Assembly (NCBI GenBank): GCA_028284075.1
Contig: JANQSL010000056.1
Coordinates: 4,564 to 68,563 of the forward strand
Length of the DNA stretch: 64,000 nucleotides
Source: Candidatus Sumerlaeia bacterium
Lineage (GTDB): Bacteria; Sumerlaeota; Sumerlaeia; SLMS01; JAHLLQ01
Reading direction: 5' to 3'
Below, in pieces: positions 58,738-64,000 of the stretch (within the stretch, counting starts at the first letter, position 1; each line of letters opens with the position of its first letter). The notes below the pieces were generated by a model. It ran no database searches. It was given only the letters and a program-made list of their open reading frames with translations, and was not told the DNA's origin. Made by a program: the position numbers and the translations under genes.

Positions 58738-60420
58738 GTGATGGGACGCATCGTGGCAATTCTTCAAGCCTGCTACCGCTTTGTATCCCCTCGCCTGGCC
58801 ATTGTCAGCCTCATGGCTGCGACTCTGCTGGCCTTTCTGTTTCACGTCGGTTTTCGAATCAACTACAACACTGCCCACATCGATCGCTATCACCAGGATG
58901 AGGCCCATACCATCTACTGGGGGATAACATACATCAAGGATGGGAAAATTCCGGCTTTCAGAGCTCTCGAAACGAGCCGATGGATTGCACGGAGCGCCTA
59001 CCCTCTCGCTCTTGTCTATATGAATCAGAGGATGGGCGGCAATGTCTGGACCGATACATGGAATTACCCCGGACACCGATACATTCTTGCACGTTATATT
59101 CCTCAGCCGGACATGGCCGACCCGAACCTTCGTGACTTCTTCTATGCAATGAGATTGTGTTACGTTCTTCTGACGTTTGCCAGCTTCCTTCCCCTGTTCT
59201 GGATGGCCTATCGTTACGGCTATCATCTTGTTCCCTGGGGTATGGCTGTTTGTCTCGGTCTCAACATACCGACAATCAACGAACAGTCCATCTTCTACAT
59301 CGAACCGTCCATGATCATCTTTATCAACCTGATGATCGCTTATTTCCTGTATTGCCTTTCGAAGGAGCGGTTTTCTCTCGGATTTTCCATCGTTTACGGA
59401 ATTGCCGGGGCGGCAATGGTATGTACAAAACCATCAACCGTCTTTTATCTCTGCCTTCCTGTCATCAGTGTTTTCAACTTCTGGAAGCATCATTCGGACA
59501 AAGAGCGGACGCTTCAGATCTGTATTGGCATATTGGTTTTTGCCGCAGCGTTTTATTGCATCAATATCCCCGCATGGCAGAACAACATCATGCGAAACAT
59601 GTTGATTCACGATGTAACATCAAATTTCTGGAACTACAGTACTCTTGGCAACGTGGAGCCCGGGCGTCCTCATTTTCTCAGGGTCTACCCTCTTCTCGCA
59701 GGCCTCTTTGGATTGGGAGTGTTTATGTTCTTCCCTGTCGTTATAGGGGGCCTTGTGACAGGAAAACGTGTGGATCGCATAATCCTCTCGGTTCTGTTGG
59801 GAATTTGCATGATCTCGATTCTCGCCCTGATCAAGCAGCGTTTTTTTTCCATCAGAAACTACGTGCCTTATTTTCCATCACTCGTTTTCGTTGTTTTCAC
59901 CGCGCTTTCAATTATCGCACGATGGAGTCTTTCGCAAGCCGACGCATCGAGAAAATGGCTTGGTCTTGGGACAGTTGGTCTTTTTATTGTCATGTGTCTC
60001 TTTGGAATTTTCCGACAGTCTGGCGGCAGTGTTTCCGCATTCGCGCGTCAGATTCACCCGGACCCGGAAGATGGACTTGTTGAGCGTTGTCGTGTTATTG
60101 GGACGCTTGACGGCAACCTTGGTTTTTTCGTCGTTGGTGCTGACCGGGCTCGAAAAGACGAGCTCAGTCAGCACATCGACTTTGTGGAACTGGAGGATGT
60201 TCCTCCGTTCCTTTCAAAGCAGTCATTTCCTGAGTACATTAAAGAAACCGCTGCAACCCTGGCAGGCCGGAACGGTGTTCTTGTCAAAAGGACCGGCAAT
60301 AATTTTCAGCTGACAAACTATCTCCTGCCCAGGCTGTACAGCAAAAACGAACAGTTTGGAGCTTACTACCTCTTCTACAGTCCCCGTGTTCTCGAAAACG
60401 AAGCTGCGCAAGAGCAATAA
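58738..60420 (+). CDS. Polytopic membrane protein, putative GT-C fold lipid-linked-sugar glycosyltransferase (ArnT/PMT-like)
   Basis: 560 aa with more than 10 transmembrane helices and aromatic-rich periplasmic loops. Sits in a cluster with a polyprenyl-P GT2 and GtrA genes. Confidence 0.55.
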   Translation: MMGRIVAILQACYRFVSPRLAIVSLMAATLLAFLFHVGFRINYNTAHIDRYHQDEAHTIYWGITYIKDGKIPAFRALETSRWIARSAYPLALVYMNQRMGGNVWTDTWNYPGHRYILARYIPQPDMADPNLRDFFYAMRLCYVLLTFASFLPLFWMAYRYGYHLVPWGMAVCLGLNIPTINEQSIFYIEPSMIIFINLMIAYFLYCLSKERFSLGFSIVYGIAGAAMVCTKPSTVFYLCLPVISVFNFWKHHSDKERTLQICIGILVFAAAFYCINIPAWQNNIMRNMLIHDVTSNFWNYSTLGNVEPGRPHFLRVYPLLAGLFGLGVFMFFPVVIGGLVTGKRVDRIILSVLLGICMISILALIKQRFFSIRNYVPYFPSLVFVVFTALSIIARWSLSQADASRKWLGLGTVGLFIVMCLFGIFRQSGGSVSAFARQIHPDPEDGLVERCRVIGTLDGNLGFFVVGADRARKDELSQHIDFVELEDVPPFLSKQSFPEYIKETAATLAGRNGVLVKRTGNNFQLTNYLLPRLYSKNEQFGAYYLFYSPRVLENEAAQEQ

Positions 60421-60462
60421 GCGCTTTCTTAACCGGAACGGACCGGAAGACGAACACCGCTT

Positions 60463-61350
60463 CTAGGTTTCCTTCTCTTCAGGCCTTTTGAGAAGCATGG
60501 CAAAATAGGCGGCCGTACGGGCGAGGATAATTCTAAACTCCAGGTAAGTGGCAAGCACGTACAGTCCTGGCGGAAAATACCTTGGGATCCATATCGGACA
60601 ACCTGCAAACACGGCCCAGCTTCGAAGAAGATAGCGCAGGCGTCCGTAACCAAGCCGGGGAGCGATTTGAATGCCCACGCGAGCGCTGGTGAGAAGTCTT
60701 TGCAGAGCGGGCTTGTATGTTGTCTGAAAACGATGGATGACGCTGACAGATGGGTCGTAATAAATCTCACCACCTTGTGCGCGCAGTCGCGCGCTGAACT
60801 CCCAGTCCTCGCATGCGCGGAGCGATTCTTCTACAAACCCGCCAAGTTGCAGAAACAGGGATCGCTCGATTAAAACGGACATCATCGTGACAGACTTGAC
60901 CCGCTTCGGATGATCTCCGAAAATAATCCGATGCCGAAAGTAAAGGTACGTCTCGATTGCATTGCTGAATCCATGTGATTGGACTCCCCCCGCCGTCACA
61001 TCGCAGCCGCCGCGATGGTGAGCGGCGAGCATGCCGGAAATCCAGTCGGCGGGAACTGTACAATCATCATCGATAAAGAGAATGTAACGCCCTCTGGCCT
61101 TGCCCACTCCACGGTTTCTCGTGGGGCCTGGAGCACCACACTTGACCTCAACGATTTGAACACGATCAGAATACTTCGAGAGGATTTCAGCCGTCGAATC
61201 CGTCGAACTGTCATTGACAAATACAACTTCATAATCATCGAAGTTCTGGCCAAGAATGGATACGATGCTCTCCTCGAGGACGTCGGCGCGATTGTGCGTT
61301 GGAATAACAACGCTAACCAACGGGCTTGAATTCGCCACCGGTGTTTCCAT
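60463..61350 (-). CDS. Glycosyltransferase family 2
   Basis: VSVVIPTHNRA...VFVNDSSTDST...FIDDDC motifs. Confidence 0.85.
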   Translation of the reverse strand: METPVANSSPLVSVVIPTHNRADVLEESIVSILGQNFDDYEVVFVNDSSTDSTAEILSKYSDRVQIVEVKCGAPGPTRNRGVGKARGRYILFIDDDCTVPADWISGMLAAHHRGGCDVTAGGVQSHGFSNAIETYLYFRHRIIFGDHPKRVKSVTMMSVLIERSLFLQLGGFVEESLRACEDWEFSARLRAQGGEIYYDPSVSVIHRFQTTYKPALQRLLTSARVGIQIAPRLGYGRLRYLLRSWAVFAGCPIWIPRYFPPGLYVLATYLEFRIILARTAAYFAMLLKRPEEKET

Positions 61351-61511
61351 GCAGAGTTTCCAGAAAGGAGCGGTTTTCCAGGTGTGGTTGGAATGAAATT
61401 GTCTTCGACCCCACTACTCTCCATGGCGCGTGAGAGGTCAAGCCTTGCGGCCGTCAATAGGGGTTGACTAACCTCCGCCTGTCATATGCACATCACTCAT
61501 GTGAGGTTTTT

Positions 61512-61925
61512 ATGCGATCCTTTGCCTTTCTTGCTGTTACGCTTCTTCTCATCTCATCCTGCCGCACCGCGAACGGACCGGGCCCGGTCGCTGAATCATC
61601 AGTTGACGAGGGCATGTTGCGAATCAGTTGGCGCCTTCAGTCCCAGGAAGATGTCTACGGCTTCGACGTGTACCGAGGTGACAGCGAGGACGGCCCCTTC
61701 GAGCGCGTGACACCACAGCCGGTGCCAGGCCATGATACAACCGCCGTTCCTCAGCAGTACGAGTTTTATGATACAGGACTCGAGGTGGGCAGGACCTATC
61801 ACTACTATGTAGAGGAAATCACTTATAGCGGAGGGAGAGACACGATCACACCGGTTGTTTCCGCGTCGGCAAAACTCCGGCAACACTACCTCGACAAGGG
61901 GTATGAGGTGCCTTCTGCAGAGTAG
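61512..61925 (+). CDS. Small lipoprotein
   Basis: MRSFAFLAVTLLLISSCR lipobox start inside ORF 61464..61925. Confidence 0.5.
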   Translation: MRSFAFLAVTLLLISSCRTANGPGPVAESSVDEGMLRISWRLQSQEDVYGFDVYRGDSEDGPFERVTPQPVPGHDTTAVPQQYEFYDTGLEVGRTYHYYVEEITYSGGRDTITPVVSASAKLRQHYLDKGYEVPSAE

Positions 61926-61941
61926 TCAGGATAAAGATTTT

Positions 61942-64000
61942 ATGAAGAAGCAGGCAAGTTGGCGGACAGCACTGAGTGTTTTTTTTCTCCTCATGGCGGT
62001 TGCGGCAAGAGCAGGCGATATTGCCTGGTTGACAGTCACGGAAAGTGGAATCCATCGCGTTACCGCTCATGATCTTGCCCGTATTGGCATTAACCTCCGT
62101 GATATGGATCATTCGCGGCTCGCTCTGCGAACAGAAGGGAAGCCGGTTCCTCTCTACATTGGTTTTGCCGTTGGCGACGAAGGCGGCGAATCCCCGATCA
62201 TCGAATTTTATGGAGAGCCGTTGAGTGATGGGTACAATACCAGCAACTTCTACTCTGACCAACGGGTCTATGTCCTTTACTTAAGCGATGATTTTTCCGA
62301 ATCGCTCCGATTTACCGAAACCGTGGCGCCGGATGTGGACCCGGAGGGGCCGGCACCCTTAATACGTCGGCACAGATGGGAAGTGTCTTACTTCACTCCT
62401 TTCTTCCAGCTCGTTGATGCGGCCCCGACGGATTACTTTTTCTCGCGCCAGCTTGACCTGCTGGACAAGCCTTGGGGAAACGAATTGAATCTGGAGGATT
62501 ATGTCCTGCCGGACTTTTCCCGTAACGCAGGTGCCGTGACTCTGCGAATGAAGCTGTTCGGTCGAACCACCCTGGGCCTCAATCCCGATCATCAGGTCGC
62601 GATTGGTATCAACGACAGAATCGTTGATACACTGACTTTCGACGGAAATCGATCATGGCTCTACGAGAATTCGGAAATTGATCCGGATGCTTTCGGCGAC
62701 GGCCCGTTTTCCCTTCGTGTTTTTATCCCCGAAGAGAGTGAGATTGACGATTTCATCAAACGTGAGTTTGATACGGTTTTCCTCGATTGGATCGAGTTTG
62801 ATTATTCCTCGGCAGGGGAGATCACTGATGGCCGTTATGAGGCCTTCGCATCGCCTTCCGTTTCAGGTTCCATCTCTTCCGAGTTGATACTCCGATCCAG
62901 CGATGCAGCTCCCGAGCGACTTTATGATGTTGGTACCGGTCGGGTTTATGACCTGACTGACTCGCTCGGAGCAAATGTCTTCGTTACTCCGGAGTCTCAC
63001 TTCGTTGCCGCCACTGGTGAAGCGGCAGGAAAGCCTGTCGTGAAAACCGCTTCCGGCGTTTCTGACCTCGTTGCGGCGGCAGCCGGTTCCGAACTGTTGG
63101 TTATTGCTTACTCCGACTTCATGGCTCAGTGCAGGCGATTGGAGGAACACAAGGAGCGGATCGGAATCTCCACCACAGTGGTCACCGTCGATGACGTCTA
63201 CAATGCCTTCAATCACGGCCACAAGGATGTGATCGCCATTCGCCGCTTCGTTGAGAAACTTGACGATTCACCGGCATCCCTCACTCGATACCTGCTTCTT
63301 GTCGGAGGCGGAACCAAGGATCCCAGGAACAGGCAGTTCAAGGACTCGGGAGACTTCATTCCCGTTCCCTATTTCCGCACACCACATTCCCCTCCCTATG
63401 CATGGGACCGGTGGTATGTCCGGAACGACGATGACAAGACGTTTCGACTCTCAATGGGCCGCTTGCCGGTTTCATCCACCCGGGAGTTGGAAGGAGTCAT
63501 AGACAAGATTATTGCAACGGACCTTGCGGTCCTGGAAAATCAAATGCAGGGAGACTCGCTTCTGATTGCGAGCGTTGAAAAGAATCTCCAGTATCAACTC
63601 GACAGAGCGGCCGAAACCCTCACCGGACTTTACCCCGAAGCCGAAACCCGGCGCGTCTATGTGGTCGATGAACAGGACGAGCTGGAGGAGTATCTTCCAT
63701 CCGTTCTTGATGGATTCAATCGCGGTAAACAATATGTTGTTTTCGCGGGCCACGGAGGAACGCGTGGATGGGGAACAGGGCCGGTGGGCAGGCGTCCGAA
63801 ACGGCAGATGCTTGATCTGCAGGGTATTGATGAACTCGCTGCCAACGACAGATTTCCAGTCGTGCTGGCTGGAACATGCTATACATCAATATTCGATAGT
63901 CCGGAAGATATCGAGGTGATCGGACCCAAACTGCTCCTGACACCCGGCAAAGGCGCGGCCGCCGTCGTGGCACCGACTTATCGTTTGTCTCTCTCCGGAG
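61942..64000 (+). CDS. Peptidase C25 (gingipain-like, clan CD) family protein; partial, running off the window end
   Basis: Hand translation from the ATG at 61942 shows a signal peptide (MKKQASWRTALSVFFLLMAVAARA) and an open frame to 64000. Candidate catalytic dyad VFAGHGG...LAGTCYT of the caspase/gingipain type. Absent from the ORF track because it has no in-window stop. Confidence 0.55.
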   Translation, partial: MKKQASWRTALSVFFLLMAVAARAGDIAWLTVTESGIHRVTAHDLARIGINLRDMDHSRLALRTEGKPVPLYIGFAVGDEGGESPIIEFYGEPLSDGYNTSNFYSDQRVYVLYLSDDFSESLRFTETVAPDVDPEGPAPLIRRHRWEVSYFTPFFQLVDAAPTDYFFSRQLDLLDKPWGNELNLEDYVLPDFSRNAGAVTLRMKLFGRTTLGLNPDHQVAIGINDRIVDTLTFDGNRSWLYENSEIDPDAFGDGPFSLRVFIPEESEIDDFIKREFDTVFLDWIEFDYSSAGEITDGRYEAFASPSVSGSISSELILRSSDAAPERLYDVGTGRVYDLTDSLGANVFVTPESHFVAATGEAAGKPVVKTASGVSDLVAAAAGSELLVIAYSDFMAQCRRLEEHKERIGISTTVVTVDDVYNAFNHGHKDVIAIRRFVEKLDDSPASLTRYLLLVGGGTKDPRNRQFKDSGDFIPVPYFRTPHSPPYAWDRWYVRNDDDKTFRLSMGRLPVSSTRELEGVIDKIIATDLAVLENQMQGDSLLIASVEKNLQYQLDRAAETLTGLYPEAETRRVYVVDEQDELEEYLPSVLDGFNRGKQYVVFAGHGGTRGWGTGPVGRRPKRQMLDLQGIDELAANDRFPVVLAGTCYTSIFDSPEDIEVIGPKLLLTPGKGAAAVVAPTYRLSLSG

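Overview
A ~60% GC bacterial chromosomal window of densely packed housekeeping and accessory genes. No rRNA, tRNA, CRISPR array or intact mobile element was seen. The organism is unplaced; gingipain-like peptidase, pseudopilin and secretin genes hint at a Bacteroidota/FCB- or PVC-like lineage. In the six-frame track, ORF starts shown as M can be GTG/TTG, so several starts are uncertain. Position counting in one printed sequence line (around 45.24 kb) disagreed by one base with the ORF track, so site coordinates read directly from the sequence may be off by about 1 nt. In window order (strand in brackets): a partial secreted-protein gene plus three exported/lipoprotein genes (-); K+ channel, gltS, a tandem cNMP-binding protein, an orphan pseudopilin, HdeD, and an RND efflux adaptor and pump followed by a DUF900 hydrolase (+); a glpK-glpD-glpF operon (-) behind a ~0.9 kb non-coding leader; a Ser/Thr kinase and an Rrf2 regulator (+); a tetrahaem cytochrome c / TAT-FeS / NrfD-type quinol-oxidoreductase operon (-) divergent from a periplasmic nitrate reductase locus napD-napA-(tandem NapB-NapB tetrahaem)-napG/F-like (+), with a perfect 12-7-12 palindrome between the two; a stand-alone secretin, a MOSC protein and a truncated CzcA/CusA 3' remnant; a GT2/GT-C/membrane trio (-); HU and RNase HII; a complete F1Fo ATP synthase operon (atpZ-like, atpI, atpBEFHAGDC) with terminator; and a ~17 kb glycan-biosynthesis island. 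That island holds WbpB/D/E-like di-N-acetyl sugar genes, several GT2 enzymes, GtrA, an AraD-like class II aldolase/epimerase, a GtrA-RPE fusion, a polymerase-beta nucleotidyltransferase-histidine phosphatase fusion, an IspD/TarI-like cytidylyltransferase, a TylF-like methyltransferase, a GDPD-like phosphodiesterase and a GT-C membrane transferase. The window ends in a partial peptidase C25 (gingipain-like) gene. The most novel-looking content is the inferred CDP-pentose/polyol-phosphate decoration module inside the glycan island, and the unusual nap locus with its divergent quinol-oxidoreductase module and palindromic operator.
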